From assembly GCA_038087875.1 (NCBI GenBank), contig CM075993.1, positions 11,472,001 through 11,536,000 of the forward strand: DNA of 64,000 bases, read 5' to 3'. The notes beneath the pieces were generated by a model. That model worked only from the letters and a program-made list of their open reading frames with translations. It had not been told where the DNA came from and searched no databases. Positions 13,577 through 26,458 of the stretch are shown here, one piece after another. The translations under genes and the position numbers were made by a program. The DNA is from Malacoraja senta (taxonomy: Eukaryota). Every line of letters starts with the position of its first letter. Position 1 is the stretch's first letter.

Positions 13577-15254
13577 TTACTCCTTATTCTTAAACTGTGG
13601 GCCCTGGTTCTGGACTCCCCAACATCGGGAACATGTTTCCTGCCTCTAGCGTGTCCAAGCCCTTAACAATCTTGTTACCGTGGATCCCAAGCATCTTCAT
13701 CTTCTGGATCAGCCGACCAAAGCAGATGTCATCAAATGCCTTACTTTTGCCTTACAGACTCGGTGGGCCGCGCTATATTTCTAAACTAAACTAAATCCAT
13801 TTGCAATTTATACACCTCACACTCAGTGTGGCTTCATCTCACTGCCATGGTCACAGCATTGTCGTTCAACCATTCGACCCAGAATACCGTCATTTGGTCA
13901 CAGCACCCAGAGTCACCAACATTACAACTGCTGGGCCAGTACACCATTAGTACAGCAAGGTCACTGTACATGTGTTGTATGTTTATCAATATGCACTGTC
14001 CCTGAAAAAATTAAAAATTTTAAAAAAAATTAAAAAAATACAAATGCTGGTTTCAACTGAAGATCGACACAAAATGCTGGAGTAACTCATTGTGACAGGC
14101 AACATCTCTGGAAAGAAGGAATGGGTGACGTTTCAGGTCAAGACTGTACATACATTATGTTACCAGAACCCTTGCAGTACAGTGTCATCCTGTACCATCA
14201 GCTGGAGACTTCAGGCCCAGAGTCCTATCACACAAAGGGTTGTGGCTGCCAGAGGAGGTAGTTGAGGCAGGGACTATCCCAACGTTTAAGAAGCAGTTAG
14301 ACAGGTACATGGATAGGACAGGTTTGGAGGGATATGGACCAAACGCAGGCAGGTGGGACTAGTGTAGCTGGGACATGTTGGATGGCGTGGGCAAGTTGGG
14401 CCGAAGGGCCTGTTTCAACGCTGTATCACTCTATGACTCTTGACTATCACCACACCATCATTCGCATAGGGCAGCCACTACAACATCAGATTCAGCAGAC
14501 TAATTCAAACAAATTGGAAGAGCCACAAATGGGAATATTTAAAAAAAACACAAGGATATTAAAATCAATACCTCAGAAATCAATACCTTGTGTACAAAAT
14601 CATGAGCGGGATAGATCGGGTAGACGCACGGAGTCTCTTGCCCAGAGATGGGGAATCGAGGACCAGAGGACATAGGTTCAAGGTGAAGGGGAAAAGATTT
14701 AATAGGAATCTGAGGGGGAACCTATTCACACAAAGGGTGGTGGGTGTATGGAACGAGCTGCCAGAGGAGGTAGTTGAGGCTGGGACTATCCCAACGTTTA
14801 TTAAACAGTTAGACAGGTACATGGAGAGGACAGGTTTGGAGGCATATGGGCCAAATGCAGGCAGGTGGGACTAGTGTAGATGGGGCATGTGGGCCGGTAT
14901 GGGCAAGTTGGGCTGAAGGGCCTGTTGCCACACTGTGAAAACGGTCGTCAGGAAAGTTGTGAGCCTGTTTAAAAGTGATTTAGGGAAGGAAAGTGAGAAA
15001 ATGGACATTGAATCATTAATTTGTGTCGGCAAGTCACAGGAGAGGAAGGAGACGGCATGCCCGGCAACTCTTCCTGAATCAGCTGTGGGGGTTCATTAAA
15101 ATTATTCTAATGGAGATAATAATTACATGAGGGACTGATATTAGAGTCAGATTTTTCAAGTCTGGTTTGAACTCTATGTTGAAACAATAATGATGCCAAA
15201 TCAGATCTGGGTTTGTTAGAACAGCCCCAGGGGAGACAATTGAACAGAAACAGT

Positions 15255-15830
15255 GGGTGAACAGAGAGATCTTACAGATGCACCATAGTAAGCATTTTAT
15301 CGGAGCATCACACCTTGGTTTGGGAACAGCTCCATCCAACACCCCAAGAAATTGCAGCGAATTGTGGACACAGCCCAGACCATCACACAAACTAACCTCC
15401 CATCCATTGACTCCATTTACACCTCACATTGCCTCGGCAAGGCCAGCAGCATAATCAAGGACGAGTCGCACCCCGGCCACTCCCTCTTCCCCCCTCTCCC
15501 ATCGGGCAAGAGGTACAGAAGTGTGAAAACGCACACCTCCAGATTCAGGGACAGTTTCTTCCCAGCTGTTATCAGGCAACTGAATCATCCTACCACCAAC
15601 TAGAGAGCAGAGCTGAACTAATATCTACCTCATTGATGACTCTCGGACTATCCTTGATCGTACTTTACTGGCTTTACATTGCACTAAACGTTATTCCCTT
15701 ATCATGTATCTATACACTGCGAATGGCCCGATTGTGATCATGTATTGTCTTTCTGCTGACTGGTTAGCACGCAACAAAAGTTTTTCACTGTACCTCGGTA
15801 CACATGACGATAAAGTAAACTGAAACTGAA
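15255..15830 (+). mobile_element. Rex1/Babar-type LINE 3' fragment; related pieces at ~9790-10015(-), 21220-21510(+), 28075-28420(-), 34880-35000(-), 50085-50280(+)
   Basis: LQRIVDTAQTIT...IIKDESHPGHSLFPPLPSGKRYRS...FRDSFFPAVIRQLN. Confidence 0.8.
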
Positions 15831-15852
15831 TGGCAGATGAACTAAATGTTCT

Positions 15853-16119
15853 TTAGTGGTCAGAAGCATTAGTGGTCAGAAGCATTAGTGGTCAGAAGCA
15901 TTAGTGGTCAGAAGCATTAGTGGTCAGAAGCATTAGTGGTCAGAAGCATTAGTGGTCAGAAGCATTAGTGGTCAGAAGCATTAGTGGTCAAAGCATTAGT
16001 GGTCAAAGCATTAGTGGTCAAAGCATTAGTGGTCAGAAGCATTAGTGGTCAAAGCATTAGTGGTCAAAGCATTAGTGGTCAGAAGCATTAGTGGTCAGAA
16101 GCATTAGTGGTCAGAAGCA
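15853..16119. repeat. Minisatellite (ttagtggtcagaagca), 17 units: 12 of 16 bp and 5 of 15 bp
   Basis: Direct reading; contiguous units without spacers. Confidence 0.95.
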
Positions 16120-17419
16120 GTCATGATATCAGATACAAGGGATTGTCTGTTAACAGCTCACTTGGGAAAATAATCAGGTTTCAGTTTTAGTTTAGACATG
16201 GAGCACAGAAACAAGCCCTTCATCCCACAGAGTCCTCGTCGACCATCACACTCGTTCACACTAGTTCAATGCTATTGAGGTGGAACGTCTTTAGTCAGAG
16301 GGTAGTTAATCTGTGGAACTCAATGCCACAGGCAAGGCAGTGGATATTTTTAAGGCAGAGATAGACAAATTCTTAATTAGAACGAGTGTCAAAGGTTATG
16401 GGGAGAAGGCAGGAAAATGGGATTAGGAGGCAGAGATCAGCCACGATTGAATGGCGGAGTAGACTCGATGGGCCAAATGGCTTAATTCTATGTTGTCAAC
16501 TTGTCAACTTGTGTTCCCTCCCTACACACTTTTAGAGTGGGCCAATTAACCTACAATCCTGCACGTCTTTGGGATGTGGGAGAAAACTGCAGCACCCAGA
16601 GGAAATCCATACAGCCACAGGGCGAACATGCAAACTCCACACATACAGCAGCCGAGGTCACGATTGAGTTTGGTTTAGTTTAGAGATACAGCATGGAAAC
16701 AGGCCCTTCGGCCCACCGTCCAGCGATCCCCGCACATTTGGGGCTGCACGGTGGCGCAGCGGTGCAGTTGCTACCTCACAGCACCAGAGACCCGGGTTCG
16801 ATCCCGACTACGGGTGCTGTCTGTACGGAATTTGTACGTTCTCCCCGTGACCTGCTGAGGTTTTCTCTGAGATCTTTGGTTTCCTCCCACACTCCAACGT
16901 TTGTAGGTCAATTGGCTTGGTATAAATGTTTATAAAAAAATTGTCCCTAGTGTCGGATAGTGTAAATGTGTGGGGATCGCCGGTCGGTGTGGACTGAAGG
17001 GCTTGTTTCCGCGCTGTCCCTCTAAACTAAATTACAATTAACACTCTCCAACACACACTAGGGACAATTTGCATTTACACCAAGTCAATTAACCTACAAG
17101 CCTGTACGTCTTTGGAGCGTGGGAGGAAACTGAAGATCTTGGAGAAAATGCACACGATCACAGGGAGAACGTACAAACTCCGTACAGGCAGCACCCGTAG
17201 TCGGGATCGAACCCAGGTCTCTGCTGCTGTAAGCGCTGTAAGGCAGCAACTGTACCGCTGAACCACCGTGACGCCCTTATTTTGCTTATTGAAAAGAACT
17301 ATCCTCATGTCATCCAAACAGATCAAATGTATTATTCATAAATACAATGTCAAACTCAAATACAATAACCATATAACCATATAACGATAGATAGAGCAAA
17401 GGGGAATATCAGAGAATAT

Positions 17420-17819
17420 CAAAGATCCTATAGCAAGCAAGATAGTCCACTCGACGGAAAAGACGTAGAACGGTCATGGGCAGATTCATGGGTAATTTTC
17501 GGCCCCATTTCCGTAACCGGCTTCCGTCTCCGCACCAAAGATCCCATAGGATAATAGTGCGGAGACGGAAGCCGATTACGGAAACATCCTCGTAAAAATA
17601 AAAGTTATTTGGTAAAAATCTTCGCCTCATTTTCAGAATTTTAATTTATTAACACAAACTGTTCCCCCCCAACGTTGATTACACTGCGAGTCGGGTCGGG
17701 TCGGGTCGGGTTATGGAAATGGATGAAAAAAAGGCCCATGTTCCGCTCTGTTGCGTACCACACGTCAGCCCATTGCATTTAGCAGGAGTGGTCTATCTTG
17801 CTCCGCTATAGGATCTTTG
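17420..17819. mobile_element. 400-bp MITE with 8-bp TSD (hAT- or P-superfamily-like)
   Basis: ~33-bp TIRs caaagatcctatagc..gcaagatag.ccactc. Perfect TSD gagaatat at 17412-17419 and 17820-17827. Confidence 0.88.
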
Positions 17820-18029
17820 GAGAATATGGTTCTTATCATAGTAGTGCACCAGTCCCATAGACAAAGTCCAATGTCCACAATAAGACATTGCTTCCCAGAG
17901 ACATCTGAGATGAGCTCAATTTCTGATATAATATATAACTTGTTTTCAGTATTAGGAAGGATAGGTGGTTTTAAAACAAAGTTAAATGTTGTTATAGATT
18001 AGGGAACAAACGCAAGCTTTTATTGTTAT

Positions 18030-18500
18030 ATACTGTAGAGAATGGCAAAACCCTAAAAAAACATTAATGGGCAGAGGGATCTTGGAGTCCATGGTCACAG
18101 CTCACTAAAGGTGGCAGGCAGCACAAGTGGATAGGGTGGTAAATAAGGCATATGATATGATGTCTTCATTGCCAGGGGCAGTGAATAGAAGGGTCATGTC
18201 TTGTTGCAGCTCTAGAGGAGATTGGATAGGCTACTTTTGAAGTATTGCATGCAGTTCTGGTCGCCCCCATTACAGAGAAGATGTGGGGGCTTTGGAGAGG
18301 GTGCAGAGAAGGTTTACCAGGATGCTGCCTGGATTAGACGGTTTCAGCTACAGGGAGAGAGGTTGGACAGACTTGGATTGTTTTCTCTGAAACATTGGAT
18401 AGACTTGATAGACGTATATAAAATGATGCGAGGCATAGATAGGGTAGACAGTGGGAACCTTTTTCCCAGGGTGGAGTTGTGCAACATTAGAGGGCATACC
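18030..18500 (+). mobile_element. Older, degenerate CR1 fragment
   Basis: LKYCMQFWSP, ERLDRLGLFSL, VYKMMRGIDRVD remnants with indels. Confidence 0.75.
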
Positions 18501-19350
18501 CTAATGTGGACATTGGACTGCTCAAGGAACTGCTACGCTACAAGTATAAGAATCATATTTTCTGTAAGGACTATGTTTAGTTTTGTTTAGTTTAGTTTAG
18601 AGATACAGCACAGAAACAGGCCCTTCAGCCCACCGGGTCTGCGCTGACCAGCGATCCCCGCACATTAACACAATCCGACACTCATTAGGGACAATTTTTA
18701 CATTTACCGAAGCCAATTAACCTACAAACCTGCACGTCTTTGGAGTGTGGGAGGAAACCGAAGATCTCGGAGAAAACCCACGCAGGTCACGGGGAGAACG
18801 TGCAAACTCCGTACAGACAGCACCCGTAGAAGAACCTGGGTACCCGGCGCTGCATTCGCTATAAGGCAGCAACTCTACCGCTGCGTCACCGTGACCAACC
18901 ATGTATCTTTCCCTTTGCTCTATCTATTGTACTTGAGTTTGACTTGATTGTATTTATGTATAGTACATCTAATCTGTTTGGATAGCATGAAAAACAAAGT
19001 ACCAGTATGACAATAATGAACTTAAAGCTAAACCCAGAGTCAGTGTATACTGAGTAGGGCAGAGAGGAATGGTGGGGAGGGAGTGGAATCAGTACAAATT
19101 GATAATGTACAGATCATGTGTAGGAAGAAACTGCAGATGCTGGCTCTGTAGGAAGGAATTGCAGATCTTGATTAGTACTGGTGTCAGGGGTTATGGGGAG
19201 AAGGCAAGAAAATGGGGTTAGGAGGGAGAGATAGATCAGCTTTGATTTAATGGCGGAGTAGACCTGATGGGTCGAATGGCCTAATTCTGCTCCTATCACT
19301 TATGATCCTATGATAAGTTCATAATGTGTAAATTCAGAATGGCATCGTAC

Positions 19351-19520
19351 CTTTAGTCAATGTCCCACACACCTCCATCACTAGCCCTGGGTGAGTCCTA
19401 CCCAAGCCAGGGTGGTGCACAGTGGTACACAGACTGGAGATTGTGGCCCTGGAAGTCCTCGGTGTAAACGCTGGACTTCATCAAGCCTCATGCCATCGGG
19501 TCAAACACGGCCGAGGACAC
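19351..19520 (-). other. Candidate internal exon (170 nt), probably mostly 5'UTR, ending in ATG-GAG-GTG-TGT-GGG-ACA-TTG-ACT-AAA-G (MEVCGTLTK, phase 1)
   Basis: Unique sequence bounded on minus strand by a strong acceptor (gcttttgttggttttctag|G) and donor (AAG|gtacga). All three frames stop internally. The last ATG (19376-19378) has good Kozak context gtgATGG. Confidence 0.45.
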
Positions 19521-20362
19521 CTAGAAAACCAACAAAAGCTTCACAGCTTCAAAAACACCCGGCCTAGCCTTAACAAGTCCACATCTCAGGACCGGTCCCC
19601 ACACGGAAACTGGGGCACAGCGGTAGAGTTGCTGCCTCACAGCGCCAGAGACCCAGGGTCGATCCTGACCACGGGTGCTTGTCCATACATTCTTCCCCGT
19701 GACCTGCCTATGTTTTCTCCGGGTGCTCCGGTTTCCTCCCACACTCCAAAGACGTACGGTTGTAGGTTAATTGGCTTCAGTAAAAATTGTAGATTGTCCC
19801 TATGTTTAGGATAGTGAAAGTGTACTGGCCAGTCTGGACTCGGTGGGCCGAAGGGCCTATTTCCGCGCTGGATCTCTAAAGTCTAAAGTAAATTCTGAAG
19901 TGCTATTCTCCTGCCTTCTCCTCATAACCCTTGACACCCGTTCTAATCAAGAATTTCCCAATCTCTGCCTTGAAAATATCCACTGAGTTCTAGCGCGGAG
20001 TGCTGGCAACATCCTCGTAAATCTTCCCTGCACTCTTTCCAGCTTAACGGCTTCCATCCCATCGCACGGATCGTATTCCTGATCCTATTGAGGTCTGATC
20101 CATCCAGCTGGTGTAGGTCCCAAGGTGTCTGCCTCTAATTTTACAATAACCCCTGCCTTCCCTCTCCCTCCCCCTTCCTCCCTCCACCACCCTTGTCATC
20201 CTACTAGTTCCACTGTTCGCATCTTTGCATCCTTTTGTTATCACCTCTTCCCCAGCCAACAATGGACCATTATGAGCTCCACCCTTCCTTGGTCATCTGT
20301 TGCCAATCCTGCTTTGTTCTGGTCTTATCTTACCTCCGGTTCCCTCCCCCCCTACTCTCAGT

Positions 20363-20390
20363 CTGAAGAAGGGTCTCGACCCGAAACGTC
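20363..20390 (+). ncRNA. Minimal hammerhead-ribozyme-like motif (Penelope type)
   Basis: CUGAAGA-a-GGGUC-uc-GACCC-GAAA-C-GUC: CUGANGA box, stem II, GAAA box and NUH site with loop-less stem III. Stem I is only ~2 bp. Confidence 0.6.
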
Positions 20391-20804
20391 ACCCATTCCT
20401 TTCCTCCAGAGATGCTGCCTGTCCCGCTGACTTACACCGGCATTTTGTGTCTACCTTCGGTGTAAACCAGCACCTGCAGTTCCTTCCTGAACATCCTCGT
20501 CAATCTTGGCTGCCCTCTTTGCAACTTAACGGCATTTTTCCCATCACAAGGATTGCGTTCCTGATCCTATTGAGGAGCGATCCATCCAGCTGGTGCAGGT
20601 CCCAAGGTCTCCGAGCTATTGCCCTGGACTATCCATTCTCCTGATCATCTACCTGGGTCAGTACCTGTCGGCTCGTGGTCCTGGGAATAATCTGAAGCTT
20701 ACAACATTTTAATCGGTGTGCTGACTTAGTAATGTGTGCTTGCTAAACTCCATGCCTCCTGTTGTGGGTACCAGCAATGACCACAATCTCTGCCTCGTCA
20801 CCCA

Positions 20805-21066
20805 TATAACCATATAACCATATAACCATTACAGCACGGAAACAGGCCATCTCGGCCCTTCAAGTCCGTGCCGAACATTTTTTTTTTTTAAAAATAAATA
20901 CTTCCCCCTAGTCCCATCTACCTGCACTCAGACCATAACCCTCCATTCCTTTCCCGTCCATATACCCATCCAATCTATTTTTAAAGGATAAAATCGAACC
21001 AGCCTCCACCACTTCCACTGGAAGCTCATTCCACACAGCTACCACTCTCTGAGTAAAGAAGTTCCC
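20805..21066 (-). mobile_element. Short CR1 3' end of the (ccatataa)n-tail subfamily
   Basis: Near-identical to 35863-36132. Confidence 0.85.
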
Positions 21067-22399
21067 ACCCGCTTCAGAACACTCTGCAGCTAATCAGTGA
21101 CATGCCTGCCCTGGCACCAGACAGGCCACAGACCACCCTGGAGTTACCTCTCCTTCCCCATGAACTACTGAATCCCCCATCACCATTTTGATTGTAGATG
21201 CAGGCCAGGCAAGGCCATCACACAAACCAACCTCCCTTCCATTGACTCCATCTACACCTCACGCTGCCTCAGCAAGGCCAGCAGCATAATCAAGGACCAG
21301 TCTTATCCCGGTCACTCCCTCTACTCCCCTCTCCCATCAGGAAGTGTGAAAACGCACACCTCCAGATTCAGGGACAGTTTCATCCCAGCTGTTATCAGGC
21401 AACTGAACCATCCTATCACCAACTAGAAAGCAGTCCTGACCTACTAGCTACCTCATTGGAGATCTTTAATCAAACTTTACTGGGCTTGCACTAAACATTA
21501 TTCCCTTTGTCATGTTTAATTTAGTTAGTTGAAAGATACAGCGTGGAAAGAGGCCATTCGGCCCACCAAGTCCCTGCCAACCAGTGATCCCCACATACTA
21601 ACAGTATGTTACATACACTAGGGACAATTTAAAATTAAACCAAGCCAATTAACGTTCAAACTTGTACGCTTTTGGAATGTGGGAAGAAAGCGGAGATCCC
21701 GAAAAAAAGCCACGCAGGTCACGGGGAGAATGTACAAACTCCGTACAAACAGCATCTATGGTCAGGATCGAACACGGACCTCTGTGAGGCAGCAACTCTA
21801 CCGCTGCACCACTGTGCCACCTAGTGTATCTGTACACGGTGGATGGCTCGATTGTAATCATGTTTAGTCGTTCCATTCTTCTCCCTTCCCTCCTATGCGG
21901 TTGGTCCACGTGTTACCATCTCAATAAATAATAGACGATAGACACTAGGCAATAGGGGCAGGAGTAGGCCATTCGCCCCTACGAGCCAGCAACGCCATTC
22001 AATGTGATCATGACTGATCATCCACAATCGGTACCCCGTTCCTGCCCTCTTCCCATATCCCCTGACTCCACTATCTTTAAGAGCTCTATCTAACGAAAGC
22101 ATCCAGAGAATTGGCCTCCACTGCCCCATCCCCCCACCCACCAACCTGAGGAATCATCATCTCTCCGACACCACCCGAAAAAACAGGTCTGGTCCATTGA
22201 ACATAGAACAGTATGGGAACAGGCCCTTCGGCCCACAAACATAAAGCCAAGATACTCTCCTCTGCCTGCCTTCACCCTACAAACAGCTAACAATGTCGTT
22301 TCCTTTATCATCGTTACTTTTTTTGCATATCTTTAATTCATTGTTCTTTATCTCTCTACATCACCATCTAATCTCTCATTTCCCTTATCCCTAACCAGT

Positions 22400-22427
22400 C
22401 TGAAGAAGGGTCTCGACCTGAAACGTC
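22400..22427 (+). ncRNA. Minimal hammerhead-ribozyme-like motif
   Basis: ctgaagaagggtctcgacctgaaacgtc, same core, at the end of a Penelope 3' fragment (~22270-22530). Confidence 0.55.
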
Positions 22428-22988
22428 ACCCATTCCTTCTCTCCAGAGATGCTGCCTGTCCCGCTGAGTTACTCCAGCTTTTTGTGTCTTTCTTCGGTTT
22501 AAACCAGCATCTGTATTCCTTCTTACGCATAACGTCAGATGAGCAAAGTTTAAAGGATAGAAACGGGACCGGTTTTTTATAGAGAGAGTGATGGATGCCG
22601 TGAACGTCAGGGGCTGGTGATGAAGGCAGATATGATAGTGGCATTTAGAGGTTTTTAGATAGAGAGTAGACACGAAATGCTGGAGTATCTCAGCGGGACA
22701 GGCAGCTTCTCTGGAGAGAAGGAATGGGTGATGTTTTGGATCAAGTCCTTTCCAGAGACTTTAGATCGGTACAGGGAATGGAGGGGAATGGATCACATAG
22801 AGGGAGAGAGATTTGTTTAACGGTTTGATCGCCACAGACCTTGTGGGCAGAAGGGCCTGTTCCTGTGCTGGACTGATCAATGCTCTATTTAACAGGAGCT
22901 GTTTAAGTAACAACTGTGATATTAGTAAGGGACAAAGGAAGGTGAAGGGCAGGAATAATCTAGTTTGGGAAGCGTTAAAAGCTGGTAG

Positions 22989-23451
<463 letters not shown>

Positions 23452-25363
23452 ATTAAACACATCCTTCTCTCTCTCTCTCATTCTCTCTCTGTATTTGCTC
23501 GCTGCACCGCTGCATGTGCCTCTCCCGTGCTAGTTTCCCGCTCTGTGTTGTTGTGCCTGAGTATTTCAGCGTACTGCATTGCTGCCCTGCGGACTGATGC
23601 ATCCCACACTAATGCAGCAGCATCAGGGGTTTGGTTTCGAGCTTGCTCTCCCCTCCTCCCACTTGTCCAATCCCATCAGGACCAGAAGAGTTCTGTCCCA
23701 TCTCAGGAAGCAACATCCATTAGCTCAGCGTCTCCCTGGGTACGATCCTTTCACAATAACCTGAAGGCTATGTGTCAGGCATCACACTAGGATGGCTTTT
23801 CTGCTTCATCCCTCAATGTCGGGAGCTGTTAGGGGCTAGTTGTTCACAATGTCACGTGAATGTCACTCTCTCTGCTTGCCACAGTCTCCCACTTTACCAT
23901 CTCCAATAGTATCACTGAAACATTCATTGTCCCTCTATCGGGCGGCACGGTGGCGCAGCGGTAGAGTTGCTGCCTCATAGCAACAGAGAACCAGGTTCGA
24001 TCCTGACCACGGGTGCTGTCTGTACGGAGTTTGTACGTTCTCCCGTGACCTGCGTGGGTTTTCTCCGGGTGCTCTGGTTTCCTCCCACACGCCAAAGACA
24101 TAGAGGTTTGTAGGTTAATTGGCTTTGGTAAAGATTGTAAATTATCCCCAGTGTGTAGGATAGTGTACAGGGATCACCGGTCGGGGCGGGCCATACACAC
24201 AACACCCTTTGTCAGGCCAATTAACCGTCAAACCCGGGTCAGAGTTTGGTTCATTCGCCTTCGTATTCCTGTCACGATACGATACAATGAGATACGATAG
24301 AACTTTATTGATGCCAGGAGGGAGATTAATCTGCAAGATGCATGAAACGTGAAATTAAAGTGACGAGTGGAAAGGATTGGGGATGTGTAGAGACAAGGAC
24401 TTTAAGACTTTGCCTTCCATCACAGTGAGGAGGTGCCTGGTAGACCCACTGTGGTGGATGTTAAACTGTGTTCAGTGTGTGTTTTGTTATTTTATTCTAT
24501 GTTATAACTGCAAGGTATACAATTTCGTTCAGACTGAAATGTCTGAATGACAATAAAGGATACTTTACTTTAGAGAATGGGGGCGGGGGGGGGGGGGGGG
24601 AGTCAGTCTCAGTCGACCCCATGACAGAAGGGGGAGGAGTTGTACAGTTTGATAGCCACAGGGAAGACGGATCTCCTGTGGCGTTCTGTCCTGCATCTAA
24701 TACTGTGTAAATGTGGCCCAGCCATGTATCGGCACCTCCGAGCAATCCATCCAGAATCCTGTGCATCTTTTCATATCCCACAAATATTGTTCATAAATGA
24801 TAGGAGCAGAATTAGGCCATTCGGCCCATCAAGTCTACTCCGCCATTCAATCATGGCAGATCTATCTCCCCCTCCTAACCCCATTCTCCTGCCTTCTCCC
24901 CATAACCGCTAACACCCTACATTTCTAAAAGTCGGGAGCTGAGGAATCCTGCCGACAGTCTCGATGCCTGGTCATCCGTAGGGATGAAGAAGTGATCCTT
25001 TCATTCAGTCAAAAACTGACTGCGGGTGCTGTCTGTGTGGAGCTTGTACGTTTTCCCAGGGACCACGTGGGTTGGCTCCGGGAGCTCCGGTTTCCTTCCA
25101 CACTCCAAAGACGTGGTTAATTGGCTTTGGTAAAAATTGTAAATTGTCCCCAGTGTGTGTAGGGTCGTGTTAATGTGCAGGGATCGCTGGTCGGCGCGGA
25201 CTCGGTGGGCCGAATGGCCTGTTTCCGCACTGTGTCTCTAAACTATTACTAAACTAAAAACACAAATCCTCTGCTTCATTCGTTGCAGGTCACGACCCTT
25301 CTTCAGACTATTTTTGTATAAAATAGTAAAGATAGGGCAGTGGGGGCCTGGAAAAAGTCCAGT

Positions 25364-25391
25364 CTGAAGAAGGGTCTCGACCCGAAACGTC
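25364..25391 (+). ncRNA. Minimal hammerhead-ribozyme-like motif
   Basis: ctgaagaagggtctcgacccgaaacgtc, identical to the 20363 copy. Confidence 0.6.
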
Positions 25392-26087
25392 ACCCATTCC
25401 TTCTCCCCAGAGATGCTGCCTGGCCCGCTGAGTTACTCCAGCATTTCGAGTCTACCTTCAGGTTTACTAACACACATCTTGAGGATTCTGATTGAATGCC
25501 CTTTGAAAGATGGCGTACACAATGTCAGCCGCTCGATCATCTAGTTGAGCAAATAATTCAATCAGTTTCACCAGTCATGGTTTGTCTTTGTGTAATGTGT
25601 GCTGGAGTGCGTTCACCCAGATGGCTATTCATTGGTCTCATATAACATAGAACATCGAAAAATATTTGCAGGAGTAGGCCATTCAGCCCTTCGAGCCAGC
25701 ACCGCCATTCAATATGATCATGGCTGATCATCCCCAATCAGTACCGTTCTTGCTTTCTCCCCACATCCCTTGATTCCGTTAGCCCTAAGAGCGAAATCTA
25801 ACTCTCTCTTGAGAAGTGATGTGCTCACTCAATCTCTCCCTCTCTCGGAGCCAGAATGGGGGTGTGGATACTGGGAGAAAGTGACTGAGTGGGCATGACA
25901 GAGTGAGACTGACAGAGAGAGGGAGAGACTCAGTGTGCCTGATGTAACCAGACAACAGACTCATCTGCAGCCTCTCCTCTCCTCTCTCCCCTCATCTTCC
26001 ACACTCCCTGTCTCCAGACCAGATCTCTGCCATTCACACGCTCGTTCTCTGTGTCACACACACTCACTCTCTCTTCCAGCACCTGCG

Positions 26088-26458
26088 TACCTACTGACGT
26101 ACCTACCTATCTACCTACCTACCGACCAACCGACCTACCTACTAACCTACCTACCTACCTACCGACTGGCCTACATACCGACTGGCCTACATACCTACCT
26201 ATCTACCTATCTACCGACCAACCGACCTACCTACTAACCTACCTACCTACCTACCGACTGGCCTACATACCGACTGACCTACCTACCTACCTACCTACCT
26301 ACTGACTGACCGACCGACCTACCTTCCCCACTCATTCCCTCACCCACTTACTCCCTCTCTCTCACTCTCTTTTTCTCACACTCTCACACACTCTCTCTCT
26401 CTCTCACACTCACTCTCTCTCTCCCTCTCACACACTCTCTCACACTCACTCACACACA
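26088..26458. repeat. (CTAC)n/(CGAC)n compound microsatellite followed by a (CT/CA) tract
   Basis: Direct reading; contains an internal ~90-bp duplication. Confidence 0.92.

Noticed and set aside
13670..13760. Apparent unique exon-like segment
   Set aside because: Minus strand translates as SKAFDDICFGRLIQKMKMLGIHG, a CR1 RT remnant.
15853..16119. CRISPR-like array
   Set aside because: Units are contiguous with no unique spacers, there are no cas genes, and the context is eukaryotic.
23941..24010. tRNA gene (A and B boxes)
   Set aside because: It is the tRNA-derived head of a V-SINE; it continues into the SINE body and recurs many times.
25935..26305. ORFs with LPTY repeats
   Set aside because: Translations of the (CTAC)n microsatellite.
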